From a bacterium (GTDB taxonomy: Bacteria; Omnitrophota; Gorgyraeia; Zapsychrales; Zapsychraceae), in contig JAUIER010000009.1 in NCBI GenBank assembly GCA_030429765.1, forward strand, positions 49,941-113,940: a DNA stretch of 64,000 bases, in the 5' to 3' direction. Position numbers and translations under genes: made by a program. Shown here piece after piece: positions 39,512 through 48,816 of this stretch. Each line of letters begins with the position of its first letter. The first letter of the stretch is position 1. The notes below the pieces were generated by a model. That model saw only the letters and a list, made by a program, of their open reading frames with translations. It ran no database searches and had not been told where the DNA came from.

Positions 39512-40111
39512 ATGACGCAAAAACCCAAACTTACCGACAAACAAAAAAACATACTCAAATTCATCTACCGCTCCATCCGGGAGAACAAGCTCCCGCCTAC
39601 CATCCGTGAAATCGCTACCGAATTTGGATTTTCCTCAACCGGCACGGTTCGCGATTATCTCAAAGCATTAGTCTCAAAAGGATATATCAAAATAACCGCC
39701 AACAAGTCGCGCGCAATTGAATTGGTGTCGGACGCATTGTTTTCGGTGCCGATTCTGGGGCGAGTGCAGGCCGGACTACCGGCGCTGGCCGTCGAGGAGA
39801 TCGAAGGATATCTGAACCTGGACAGTTTGATGTTTGGTGACGAGAGCACCTTCGCGCTCAGGGTTCGCGGCGACAGTATGATTGAGGCCGGCATCATGCC
39901 TGACGATTTGGTACTGGTCCGAAAGCAGAACGTCGCGCAAACCGGCGAGACGATTGTCGCCCTAATCGAGGAAGAGGCCACGGTGAAGAACCTGCAGAAA
40001 AAGCAGGGGCGTTACTTCCTGGAGCCGGCCAACCCGAATTATCAGCCGATCCTGGTGGACGAACATGTCTCGATCATCGGCAAGGTCATTTCCGTTGTCC
40101 GCAAGTATTAA
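39512..40111 (+). CDS. lexA: LexA repressor
   Basis: An N-terminal winged HTH and a C-terminal S24 peptidase domain (RVRGDSMIEAGI, catalytic Ser/Lys). The track ORF starts at 39494 inside the -10 box. Confidence 0.9.
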   Translation: MTQKPKLTDKQKNILKFIYRSIRENKLPPTIREIATEFGFSSTGTVRDYLKALVSKGYIKITANKSRAIELVSDALFSVPILGRVQAGLPALAVEEIEGYLNLDSLMFGDESTFALRVRGDSMIEAGIMPDDLVLVRKQNVAQTGETIVALIEEEATVKNLQKKQGRYFLEPANPNYQPILVDEHVSIIGKVISVVRKY

Positions 40112-40236
40112 TCACGGCTTCCGCATCACATCCCGCCTATTCTTTAGCTAACCAATGATTTTTCTAATTGTCATTCCGTCTGCTTCATAGCATAATACTA
40201 AACTCCAATAACAATCTGAACGCCTGGGTATAGAAG

Positions 40237-41481
40237 ATGAATATCGGCTATAAAATCCTGTCATTTTTCTCACACTACTTCGAAGAATTCGTTTACGCGA
40301 ATGTCGCAATTTTTAGTCTGGCTCTAGGTCTCACGATAATCAATCAGCTCAAGCGCCGGCCGATGGAGCAGAATATCCGGTCATTCACCGAGACGATTAT
40401 CGGCACCACAATGATCTGTTTGCTGCTGTTTGGATCGGCGCTGACCATTACGATCTGGTGGAACAATTACAACAGCCCGTTCATAAACTTTGATCTGCAT
40501 GATGAAATTTCGACGAACGTGGATTGGGTTGATGAAGATCTGACGGTTTACATCGTCAATGAAAATGAATTATTGGGCGTGAAAGCCAATGGAACCGGGC
40601 AGCATTCGGTCTTTACCAGCGACGAGAAAATCCGTGATTTTCAGTTTTCTCCGGATGGCCGGTATATGCTGATCGCCACGTATAAAAAATTATTTCTGTT
40701 TGACCGCGACTCAACCGAGCAGCAGCTGATAGATGCCGTTGATCTCGATAAACAAAACAAGAATCTCAAAGGCACGATCAGCGGGATTCGTTGGGCGCCG
40801 AATAGCCGTTACTTTGTTTATGAGCTAGCGCGCTGGTCCAAGTATGGATCCAAGGATGAAATCTTTGTTTATGATCTTGAAGACGGCAGCCGGCAGACCA
40901 TTAGCAGTCCCAAGCGCAAATTGTCCACGCTGTATTGGAGTATGGATAGTCAAAGCCTGTATTACCTTAAGAGTGATTCTCAGGAGCTGGATGAACGGGA
41001 GATCATTTATAAAATCAAGATCTACCGGATCGATATTGATGATTACAAGATCGACTTTGTGGCGGATATCCGCACCGATGATTCCAAATTCCCTCAGCAT
41101 CATTTTGACATGCTGGGAATTGATCTGTACCAGCCGGAAGATATCCTGACTTTCGGACGGGTGGGGGAGATCGGGATCCTCAAATCGCCCAAGGGGGCCG
41201 AGGTCGGCATCGACAGCCGGCATTTCTTCTATTACAAGGCCGGATGGTTCCGTAAGCGTCTGTTCAAGGTGTCCCGTGATGTGGACACGAGCAAAAAGCC
41301 TACAATGCTAAACACTTACGGTGAACACATTCTGCGGCAGATCCGCTGGACCCCGTCCGGTGATTACGTGATCATGGACCATCCGTACTGGGGGATTTTG
41401 GTGTTGGATCCCAAAAAACGGAAAATTGGTCAGCTGTATCCCTATGAAGTCAGTGCCTACGGCTGGTTTAGTAAAAAATAA
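40237..41481 (+). CDS. Membrane-anchored beta-propeller (TolB/PD40-like) protein, hypothetical
   Basis: Two N-terminal TM helices are followed by repeated FSPDGRY / WAPNSRY / WTPSGDY motifs. Confidence 0.5.
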   Translation: MNIGYKILSFFSHYFEEFVYANVAIFSLALGLTIINQLKRRPMEQNIRSFTETIIGTTMICLLLFGSALTITIWWNNYNSPFINFDLHDEISTNVDWVDEDLTVYIVNENELLGVKANGTGQHSVFTSDEKIRDFQFSPDGRYMLIATYKKLFLFDRDSTEQQLIDAVDLDKQNKNLKGTISGIRWAPNSRYFVYELARWSKYGSKDEIFVYDLEDGSRQTISSPKRKLSTLYWSMDSQSLYYLKSDSQELDEREIIYKIKIYRIDIDDYKIDFVADIRTDDSKFPQHHFDMLGIDLYQPEDILTFGRVGEIGILKSPKGAEVGIDSRHFFYYKAGWFRKRLFKVSRDVDTSKKPTMLNTYGEHILRQIRWTPSGDYVIMDHPYWGILVLDPKKRKIGQLYPYEVSAYGWFSKK

Positions 41482-41538
41482 AATCAAATTTCTTGTTTCA
41501 GCTTCCAAATCTCGCTAAAATTAAAAGGAAATCGAATA

Positions 41539-41718
41539 ATGACGGAATTTAGTGACACACCTCTCAATCGATCCAAAGAAGACTACCTGCGCATTATCAG
41601 CAAAATTGAATCCGATTCCAATGTCGGAATCGATGCTCAGTTCACGCATGCCGTGATTATTGAGCATCTGCAGCGCATCGAAAAACGCCTCGACCAGATT
41701 GAAAAAAAGCTGGGTTAG
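41539..41718 (+). CDS. Small hypothetical protein (59 aa), below the ORF-track length cutoff
   Basis: An AAAGGAA RBS precedes ATG 41539. The product MTEFSDTPLNRSKEDYLRIISKIESDSNVGIDAQFTHAVIIEHLQRIEKRLDQIEKKLG is helical. Confidence 0.3.
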   Translation: MTEFSDTPLNRSKEDYLRIISKIESDSNVGIDAQFTHAVIIEHLQRIEKRLDQIEKKLG

Positions 41719-41835
41719 AAATCTGACATATTTGGTGTCGATCCTGGAGAGTTAACCGCAAGCGAAATTCTCGTATTTTTCACGTACTAATATTCATTGA
41801 TCAACGCACGGAGTATGACCGGCAAGGAGGAAGAG

Positions 41836-42501
41836 ATGAAAAATTCATGGCTCGTTTGGGTATTTGTTGTCGGCGTGGTTATCACCATGTTGTTCGCGTT
41901 TAATTATCAGGGATCACAGGACACGGTTCCTTTAAGTGAAATTTTTCCGGAGACCGAAACGTATCCGGTTGATATCGAATTTGTGGACAGCGATGGGACC
42001 ATTGAAGATGTTCGGGACTCCGCGCCTACGGAAGAAGTGACCAAGGTTGACCGCTCTCTCGTCGAGAAAACACGTCGTTTCGAAGAAAAGATCAAACCGA
42101 TCGCCAAGCCGCCGATTGCTGTTATGGAGAACGAGCAGGTGGTGGTGAAAAAGCCTGAGCCGGCTCCCGTGCCTGCTCCGGTCGTTGAAAAAGTCGAAGC
42201 GCCTAAGCCTGTGCCTGTCGCGGCCGCGCCGGAGAAAAAATCGATCGACGTTGTTGAAATGAAAGGGACACCGTACACGATTCAAGTCGCTTCATTCAAG
42301 GACAAAGCCAAGGCGCAGAAGAAAGTCGAGGAAGTGCAGAAGAAAGACTACTCCGCGTTTCTCGCCGCCAAGGATATCAAAGGGAAGGGAACGTATTACC
42401 GGGTGTATATCGGCAAATTCGAAAACAAAGCTGACGCCGATCAGCATTTGACCAAGGTCAAAAAAGATTACGCCGGAAGTTTTATTATTACGCCCAAGTA
42501 A
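41836..42501 (+). CDS. SPOR domain-containing membrane protein (septal peptidoglycan binding)
   Basis: The start has a GGCAAGGAGG RBS, then a TM anchor, a Pro/Ala/Val-rich linker, and a C-terminal SPOR fold (YTIQVASFKDKAKAQ...YYRVYIGKFENKADAD). Confidence 0.75.
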   Translation: MKNSWLVWVFVVGVVITMLFAFNYQGSQDTVPLSEIFPETETYPVDIEFVDSDGTIEDVRDSAPTEEVTKVDRSLVEKTRRFEEKIKPIAKPPIAVMENEQVVVKKPEPAPVPAPVVEKVEAPKPVPVAAAPEKKSIDVVEMKGTPYTIQVASFKDKAKAQKKVEEVQKKDYSAFLAAKDIKGKGTYYRVYIGKFENKADADQHLTKVKKDYAGSFIITPK

Positions 42502-42585
42502 TGCGAAATTAATCTCATAGGTCCTCCGGAATGATCGGTTGCCGGTCCGTCGGTAATGCCGTCATTGTCATTCGGGAGGACTTTG

Positions 42586-44340
42586 TTGTGTATCGCGTCA
42601 ATGAAAATTCTTAACAATGATTTTGCCTTCGGGTTTTTTATCTTTGTCTCGGCCGTGCTGATTTTTGCCCACGGGATCAGCGTTCACGGATTTGAGTTCC
42701 GGGACGACGAAATTTTTTACTACAAAAGTACACATGAAATGGTCGAGACCGGCGAGATTATGTCGCCCACCTATTTCGGTGAGGACCGTTTTCAAAAGCC
42801 GATTTTATTCTACTGGCTGATTCTACTTTCCTACAAAATTTTCGGACTAAATTGGTTTGCGGCGAGAGCCGTTTCAGTGCTGTTTGCCGCCTTAACACTG
42901 GTCGTTACGTGGCTGATTGCCAAGCGTCTGTATGATCGGCGCGTGGCGGGCCTAAGCGCGCTGATGCTGGCGACAATTCCCTTATTTGTGCGCCATGCCC
43001 GTAATGCCGTACCTGATATGGCCTTGAATTTCTTTATTGTGCTGGCCGTGTACTGCTTCATTGAGTGGATCATGGGGAATAAATCCAACCGGTGGCGCAT
43101 TGGATTCTTTGTCGCGTGCGGATTAGGATTCATGATCAAGGGATTTGCCGCCCTGCTGGTGCCATTCATGACCGTCCTGGGATATGCCGCCTTTGTCCGT
43201 CGGGGAGATGTGCTGCGTCGGTTGCGATTCGGACAGGGGATGCTCATCATTCTGACGATTGTCCTGCCGTGGTTTTTGTACATGATCAAGATTCACGGGA
43301 GCGGTTATCTGGACTACATGTGGTCGCATGAAACCATGGGACGGCTGATGCATGTGAAGGAAGGTAACCCGATTCTGATCAAGATTCGGACCTTCGTTGA
43401 GCACTTGATCTTTTACGTCCAGGTATTCTTCCAGCAATTTATGCCGTGGAGCCTTTTTTGCGCTATTGGAGTACTATATTCGTTCAGGCATATCAAACCC
43501 AGCCGCCGGGACTTTGAGCCTTTCGTTATCCTGGTCGGATGGATGGCGGGCGTGTTTGGTTTCTTTTCTTTCATGTATTTTACGATCAGTCACTACTTGC
43601 TGACAATCACGACACCCGCCGCCATTCTAGCCGGTCATTTTTTTCTGCGGGCCATCGAACCAGCCGGATGGTTAGACAGGTTCTGTCTGTGGGGGCGGCG
43701 ATATATGCCGATTATCGCGGGGGTGTTCATAGCGGTTGTATATGTGTTTATTCTGACCTTTATCGCCGGCGTGTCACCGCTGTATTTTCTGTCGATGGCG
43801 TTATTTTTTGCGGTATGTCTGGTGGTGATGGTGAGGGGCCAAAACCGTATCCGCGGTCCGCTATTTCTGGGCTTTTTTCTGCTGATCATTGTGTTTCAAT
43901 CACCGATGCTCTCTCAGTTGGGGTTGACGTCACATTTGAGCCTGCGTCAGTTTGCCGCGGCCATCGATCAGGATTCACCCGAGCCGTATCACGTGGCGGT
44001 GGCCAGTCATGATATTCATGAGAAGGAGTTTCAGGTTTATGTACCGGATGTCAAGATCGACAAAATCGCCAAGGATATGGATCAATACAACCGCTATATG
44101 ATCCCGATCTATCTGGTTAAAAAGCAAAGAGTTTATTGTTTGCTGACAGAAAAAGACTATAATAAGTATTTAAATCCCATATATGAAGACTTCAATGTGA
44201 TCCATAAAGAGACGATGTTGCGCAAACGGCTCGATCTGGATGCCGGGTTCATCCGTGCTCTGATCAGATTTGACCGCCAACGGATTTACGAATATTTTAT
44301 GGAGCAGGTTGTTTTAATCATGAGAGAGAAGCGTGTCTGA
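42586..44340 (+). CDS. GT39/GT83-family glycosyltransferase (ArnT/PMT-like, polyprenol-phosphate-sugar dependent)
   Basis: FRDDEIFYYKSTHEMVETGEIMSPTYFGEDRFQKPILFYWL is a PMT/ArnT N-terminal loop with the DE motif. There are about 12 TM helices. The start is uncertain (TTG 42586 with a GGGAGGA RBS). The track ORF starts at 42556. Confidence 0.75.
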   Translation: MCIASMKILNNDFAFGFFIFVSAVLIFAHGISVHGFEFRDDEIFYYKSTHEMVETGEIMSPTYFGEDRFQKPILFYWLILLSYKIFGLNWFAARAVSVLFAALTLVVTWLIAKRLYDRRVAGLSALMLATIPLFVRHARNAVPDMALNFFIVLAVYCFIEWIMGNKSNRWRIGFFVACGLGFMIKGFAALLVPFMTVLGYAAFVRRGDVLRRLRFGQGMLIILTIVLPWFLYMIKIHGSGYLDYMWSHETMGRLMHVKEGNPILIKIRTFVEHLIFYVQVFFQQFMPWSLFCAIGVLYSFRHIKPSRRDFEPFVILVGWMAGVFGFFSFMYFTISHYLLTITTPAAILAGHFFLRAIEPAGWLDRFCLWGRRYMPIIAGVFIAVVYVFILTFIAGVSPLYFLSMALFFAVCLVVMVRGQNRIRGPLFLGFFLLIIVFQSPMLSQLGLTSHLSLRQFAAAIDQDSPEPYHVAVASHDIHEKEFQVYVPDVKIDKIAKDMDQYNRYMIPIYLVKKQRVYCLLTEKDYNKYLNPIYEDFNVIHKETMLRKRLDLDAGFIRALIRFDRQRIYEYFMEQVVLIMREKRV

Positions 44341-45061
44341 CAAACAAACTCAATCCAAAGAAGCCGAGATTTGCCAATATTCCATTGTGGTGCCGGTCTA
44401 CAACGAAGATGATTCCCTGGGGCCGCTGTTGGCTGAAATTCTCCAGGTGATGACCGGTTTAGATAAGTCATTTGAAGTGATCTTCGTAAATGACGGATCA
44501 ACGGATGATTCGTTGCCGACGATGAAGGTTTTTCAGCAGCGAAGTCCCGACATCATCAAGATCGTCGATTTGCCCGAACGCGGAGGGCAAACCAACGCCT
44601 TACGCAAGGGGTTGGACGCGACCCGCGGGGCCATCGCGATCACCCTGGACGCTGATTTGCAGAATGATCCGGCTGATATCCCCAAGCTGTTGAAGAAGAT
44701 GGAGGAAGGTGACTACGACTGCGTTTGCGGTTGGCGAAAAAACCGTCAGGATACGGCTCTAAAAGCGGGGTTGTCAAAGTTCGGCAACATTCTCCAGCGG
44801 ATGTTTAGCGATCTGAAGATTCACGACGTGTCCTGCACGCTTCGAGCGTATCGCCGGCGTTGTATCGCGGATGTCCCGCTACACTGGGAAGGTCAGCATC
44901 GCTTCATACCATTGGGGTTGTCGCTGCAGGGATACAAGATCGGTGAGGTGGTGTCAAATCACCGATACCGGCAGTACGGTCAGAGTAAGTACACTCATGG
45001 CCGGATTTTCCGGGTCATGACAGATTTCTTTAAGGTGTTGGAGACGAAAGGCAAGGCGTGA
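44333..45061 (+). CDS. GT2 polyprenol-phosphate glycosyltransferase (ArnC/Dpm1-like)
   Basis: YSIVVPVYNEDDSL, VNDGSTDDS and a DAD motif. Confidence 0.85.
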   Translation: MSDKQTQSKEAEICQYSIVVPVYNEDDSLGPLLAEILQVMTGLDKSFEVIFVNDGSTDDSLPTMKVFQQRSPDIIKIVDLPERGGQTNALRKGLDATRGAIAITLDADLQNDPADIPKLLKKMEEGDYDCVCGWRKNRQDTALKAGLSKFGNILQRMFSDLKIHDVSCTLRAYRRRCIADVPLHWEGQHRFIPLGLSLQGYKIGEVVSNHRYRQYGQSKYTHGRIFRVMTDFFKVLETKGKA

Positions 45062-45375
45062 GCGCGGGAGTTTTTCTGGGATTGTCAGCCAAGCAGTGGA
45101 TGATTGTCGGATTTATCGGTCAGTTTATTTTCGGCGGACGGTTTTTGATCCAATGGATTTGCTCAGAGGTCAAGAAAGAGAGCCACATCCCGATGGCGTT
45201 CTGGTACATGAGTGTCCTGGGAGGACTAATCCTGTTGTTATACGCGATCTCCATTAAGAACCCTGTATTTATTATGGGACAATCGATGGGGATGATTGTT
45301 TATACACGGAATCTTATGCTGATATCTAAGAAAAACAGGCTTGAGAAGCTATCTCAGGAAAAAGCTCAATCCTAG
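45058..45375 (+). CDS. Small membrane protein with lipid-A-biosynthesis N-terminal (LAB_N) domain
   Basis: WMIVGFIGQFIFGGRFLIQW plus a second helix. This domain is typically found next to ArnC-like GT2 enzymes. Confidence 0.6.
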   Translation: MSAGVFLGLSAKQWMIVGFIGQFIFGGRFLIQWICSEVKKESHIPMAFWYMSVLGGLILLLYAISIKNPVFIMGQSMGMIVYTRNLMLISKKNRLEKLSQEKAQS

Positions 45376-45398
45376 GGTATCAAATCCTTGGATTGGAG

Positions 45399-45427
45399 TT
45401 GAATTTTTCGGCAATTAAAGCTAGAAT
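45399..45427 (+). promoter_or_regulatory. Sigma70-like promoter (TTGAAT-17-TAGAAT) for the CheY-like/CheX-like pair
   Basis: TTGAAT at 45399-45404, a 17-nt spacer, then TAGAAT at 45422-45427. A GAAGGAG RBS and GTG start follow at 45466. Confidence 0.45.
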
Positions 45428-45465
45428 CAAAACGAATAGACGAAGACATCGTAGAAGGAGTTGTT

Positions 45466-45843
45466 GTGAAAATACTAGTCGTAGATGATTCATTGATGGA
45501 CCGGCGTTTGACAATGAATCTTCTGAAAAAAAATGACATCGAAAATGAAATTCTGCAGGCCGGAGATGGTGAAGAGGGGCTGCAGATTCTCAGTGAAAAT
45601 TATCAGGACATCGCCTTAATCTTGCTGGACTGGCAGATGCCAAAGATGGACGGTATTGAGTTTATGAAAGGGGTTGTAAAGGTCCCGGAAGTGGCCCAAA
45701 TCCCAATTATCATGATTACAGCATCAGGATCTGACGACAACAAGCGGGAAGCCCGCGAAGCCAATCCAAATTTGGCCGGTTATGTGGTCAAGCCATACAA
45801 GCCGGAAGAACTGCTTGAGCTTATCAAGTCTCACTTAACCTGA
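45466..45843 (+). CDS. Single-domain response regulator (CheY-like receiver)
   Basis: ILVVDDS, LILLDWQMPKMDG and VVKPYK. Confidence 0.85.
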   Translation: MKILVVDDSLMDRRLTMNLLKKNDIENEILQAGDGEEGLQILSENYQDIALILLDWQMPKMDGIEFMKGVVKVPEVAQIPIIMITASGSDDNKREAREANPNLAGYVVKPYKPEELLELIKSHLT

Positions 45844-45859
45844 TTGCCTCGTAAACTCT

Positions 45860-46456
45860 ATGGTCAAAATTCCCTTAGATGATAATGATCAACTGGATGA
45901 GCGTTATATTCAAGCGCTGATGCTGGCCAGGGTCGTTAAGAGAATCCTCAAAAAAAGGGCGAATATTGATCTGTCCTCCAATCCGAAGTTTATTGTCAAA
46001 CCGATTGCCGAGTTTATGAACCGCATTCGGGTTTCCAGTCTGAATAAGTTTGATGAAACCACTTACATATCTACCATAAATTTTTACAAGACCCGTGGAG
46101 ATATGGAGAAGCATGATGCGTTGGGCGCGCTGATAATCTATATCGGTCAGAGCTACCTCGTTGAGTTGATTCGAAAGCTGAATTATCCGGACGTCGATGA
46201 AGATGATCCGGAAGCTATGCTCGATTCCATCGGGACCTTTTGTAATTTGATCGCCGGAAATTTCAAGGCGGGGCTGACCCAGCTGGGATATATCGAGCTG
46301 ATCATGTCTCATTTTTCCGGCTATGAAAACAAGGTGTTGATGGGGATTGAGTTCTCGCCAAATGAAACTCAAATGTATGAAATTCAGTTTGAGATTGATG
46401 GTCAGCGACGTATCGTCGCGGAGATCTCAATGGGGTCAATCCCGCTGGACAATTAG
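45860..46456 (+). CDS. CheX/CheC-like phosphatase-fold protein (putative CheY-P phosphatase)
   Basis: DSIGTFCNLIAGNFKAGLTQLG matches the CheX/CheC D-x3-E/T-x2-N-x2-AG motif. It sits immediately downstream of a receiver. Confidence 0.45.
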   Translation: MVKIPLDDNDQLDERYIQALMLARVVKRILKKRANIDLSSNPKFIVKPIAEFMNRIRVSSLNKFDETTYISTINFYKTRGDMEKHDALGALIIYIGQSYLVELIRKLNYPDVDEDDPEAMLDSIGTFCNLIAGNFKAGLTQLGYIELIMSHFSGYENKVLMGIEFSPNETQMYEIQFEIDGQRRIVAEISMGSIPLDN

Positions 46457-46504
46457 CGCCTAGCTCCAGAAATTAGAATTCAAAATCACAAGCAAAGGAA
46501 TCAT

Positions 46505-48136
46505 ATGTCACATCCGGATATTGAGCGGCTGCATCTTGACAAAGACGGGATCACCGAGGCCGAAGATATATTGCACAATTTATCGTATGAAGATTTGTTT
46601 CAGCATGAAACCAGCGACACGCTTGTCGGTTTTGAGCGCGGCGTTGTCACGGAGTTCGGTGCGGTCAATGTCGATACCGGCAAATTTACCGGCCGTTCTC
46701 CCAAGGACAAATATATCGTCGAAGATGACGTGTCGCGGGATACGGTCTGGTGGGCGGACGGAACCGCGGCGGGGTCTGATAACAAAAAGATGTCGATCGA
46801 GACCTGGAATCATCTGAAGGATATCACCCTCAAGGAATTAAACGGCAAGCGTCTGTATGTGATGGACGGATACTGCGGGGCCAATCCAGACTCCCGGATG
46901 CAGGTGCGGCTAATTACCGAGGTGGCCTGGCAGGCGCATTTTTTTAAGAATATGTTTATCCGGCCGACTGACGAGGAATTGACTAATTTCGTGCCGGACT
47001 GGACCATTCTGAATGCCTGTGAAACCACCTGCGCAGACTACAAAGATTACAACATGAACTCGGAAGTGTTTTGCGCGTTTAATATCGGTGAGCGTGAAAC
47101 GGTTATCGGCGGCACGTGGTACGGCGGAGAGAATAAAAAAGGTATCTTTTCGATCATGAACTATTATCTGCCGCTTCAGAATATCGGGGCGTTTCATTGT
47201 TCGGCCAATCTGGGCCGGGACGGAGACACAGCGCTGTTCTTCGGTCTTTCGGGTACGGGCAAAACGACGTTGTCGACGGATCCCAAACGTGAGTTGATCG
47301 GTGATGACGAACATGGCTGGGATGATCAAGGGGTCTTTAACTTTGAGGGTGGATGCTACGCCAAGTGTATTAATCTCTGTCCGGAAAATGAACCGGAAAT
47401 ATATGCCGCGATCCGCCGCGATGCGCTGCTCGAAAACTGTGATGTGGATGATTTGGGCCGTGTTGATTTTTCATCGACGGTCAAGACCCAAAACACACGC
47501 GTCTCCTATCCGATCTATCATATCGATAATATTGTCAAGCCGATTTCCCGGGGCGGACATCCGGAAACAATTATTTTTCTGACATGTGACGCCTATGGTG
47601 TGTTACCGCCTGTCGCCAAGCTTAGCCGGGAGCAGGCCATGTATCATTATCTCAGCGGCTACACCGCCAAGGTGGCAGGGACGGAGCGCGGTGTCACCGA
47701 ACCGCAGGCAACATTTTCCGCCTGTTTCGGACAGGCCTTCTTGACGCTGCATCCAACCCGGTACTCACAAATTCTTGGAAATAAAATGGACATGCATAAT
47801 TCGCGGGCTTATCTGGTCAATACCGGATGGACGGGTGGGAAGTATGGTGTCGGCAAGCGCATGTCACTGCCGGATACTCGCAAGATTATTGATGCGGTCC
47901 TGAATCTGAGTATTGAGGAAGCCGATTTTGAAGCCATGCCGGTGTTTAATCTGCAGATCCCGCGCTCGGTGGTAAATGTCAATCCGGATATTCTCAACCC
48001 GCGTAACGCGTGGGTGGATAAGGATGATTACGACGAGACCTGTCGGCATTTGGCTGAAATGTTTGTCAGTAATTTTGTACATTACACGGATACGGAAGAA
48101 GGGCAGTCGCTGGTGGCGGCCGGTCCTCAAATCTAG
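46505..48136 (+). CDS. pckA: Phosphoenolpyruvate carboxykinase (ATP)
   Basis: [11 protein letters not shown], the kinase-1a motif and full-length PckA. Confidence 0.95.
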   Translation: MSHPDIERLHLDKDGITEAEDILHNLSYEDLFQHETSDTLVGFERGVVTEFGAVNVDTGKFTGRSPKDKYIVEDDVSRDTVWWADGTAAGSDNKKMSIETWNHLKDITLKELNGKRLYVMDGYCGANPDSRMQVRLITEVAWQAHFFKNMFIRPTDEELTNFVPDWTILNACETTCADYKDYNMNSEVFCAFNIGERETVIGGTWYGGENKKGIFSIMNYYLPLQNIGAFHCSANLGRDGDTALFFGLSGTGKTTLSTDPKRELIGDDEHGWDDQGVFNFEGGCYAKCINLCPENEPEIYAAIRRDALLENCDVDDLGRVDFSSTVKTQNTRVSYPIYHIDNIVKPISRGGHPETIIFLTCDAYGVLPPVAKLSREQAMYHYLSGYTAKVAGTERGVTEPQATFSACFGQAFLTLHPTRYSQILGNKMDMHNSRAYLVNTGWTGGKYGVGKRMSLPDTRKIIDAVLNLSIEEADFEAMPVFNLQIPRSVVNVNPDILNPRNAWVDKDDYDETCRHLAEMFVSNFVHYTDTEEGQSLVAAGPQI

Positions 48137-48195
48137 CACGGATTAACAAAACCGTCAGCCGATTGAGGCGATGGTCGAAAATTACGGAGAGAAAT

Positions 48196-48816
48196 ATGGC
48201 ACAGAAGAACAAGTCAGTGGTGGCGGTAATCATTGTCGCGGTATGTGTGGCCGTCGTTGTGGGAGTAAATTATTTACAGGGACAAAAGACGGTTCAGTCG
48301 GCCCAAGGGCGGGCCAAGGGAAATCCGGATTCCAATATTAAGGTTGTCGAATTCATTGACTTTCAATGTCCGGCCTGCGCCTCCGGTGCGAAATTTCTCA
48401 ATAAGTACATCAAAGACAACCCGGATCAGATCCATTTGGAGATGAAATATTTTCCGCTCAAAGGTCATGTGCACGGGATGCTCAGCGCACGATTTACCGA
48501 ATGCGCGGCGAGACAAGGCAAGTTTTGGGAGATGCATGATAAACTGATCGATAATCAAAGTGATTGGAAAAAGTTAATCAATGCCTATCCATCGTTTGAA
48601 GTGATGGCTCAGCAGATCAATCTGGATATGACCAAACTCAATACCTGTCTGGATGATACACGCGTGGATGAGGTGATTAACAAGCATAAAGAAGAGGGTA
48701 AGCAAAAGGGTGTGCGTAGTACGCCGACATATTTTGTGAATGGGCAAATCGTTGTCGGGCCGGGCAATCTCAAAAAAGAATTGGAAAAATTATCTAAGGG
48801 AGCTTCAGAAAACTAA
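48196..48816 (+). CDS. DsbA-like thioredoxin-domain protein, membrane-anchored
   Basis: A TM anchor, then FIDFQCPACAS (CxxC). The track ORF starts at 48163. Confidence 0.7.
   Translation: MAQKNKSVVAVIIVAVCVAVVVGVNYLQGQKTVQSAQGRAKGNPDSNIKVVEFIDFQCPACASGAKFLNKYIKDNPDQIHLEMKYFPLKGHVHGMLSARFTECAARQGKFWEMHDKLIDNQSDWKKLINAYPSFEVMAQQINLDMTKLNTCLDDTRVDEVINKHKEEGKQKGVRSTPTYFVNGQIVVGPGNLKKELEKLSKGASEN

Noticed and set aside
45875-46372. 165-aa minus-strand ORF overlapping the CheX-like gene
   Set aside because: It is antisense to a + strand ORF that continues the operon, has a CheX/CheC motif and has an upstream promoter. The minus product is low-complexity (it ends in IIII) and has no RBS.
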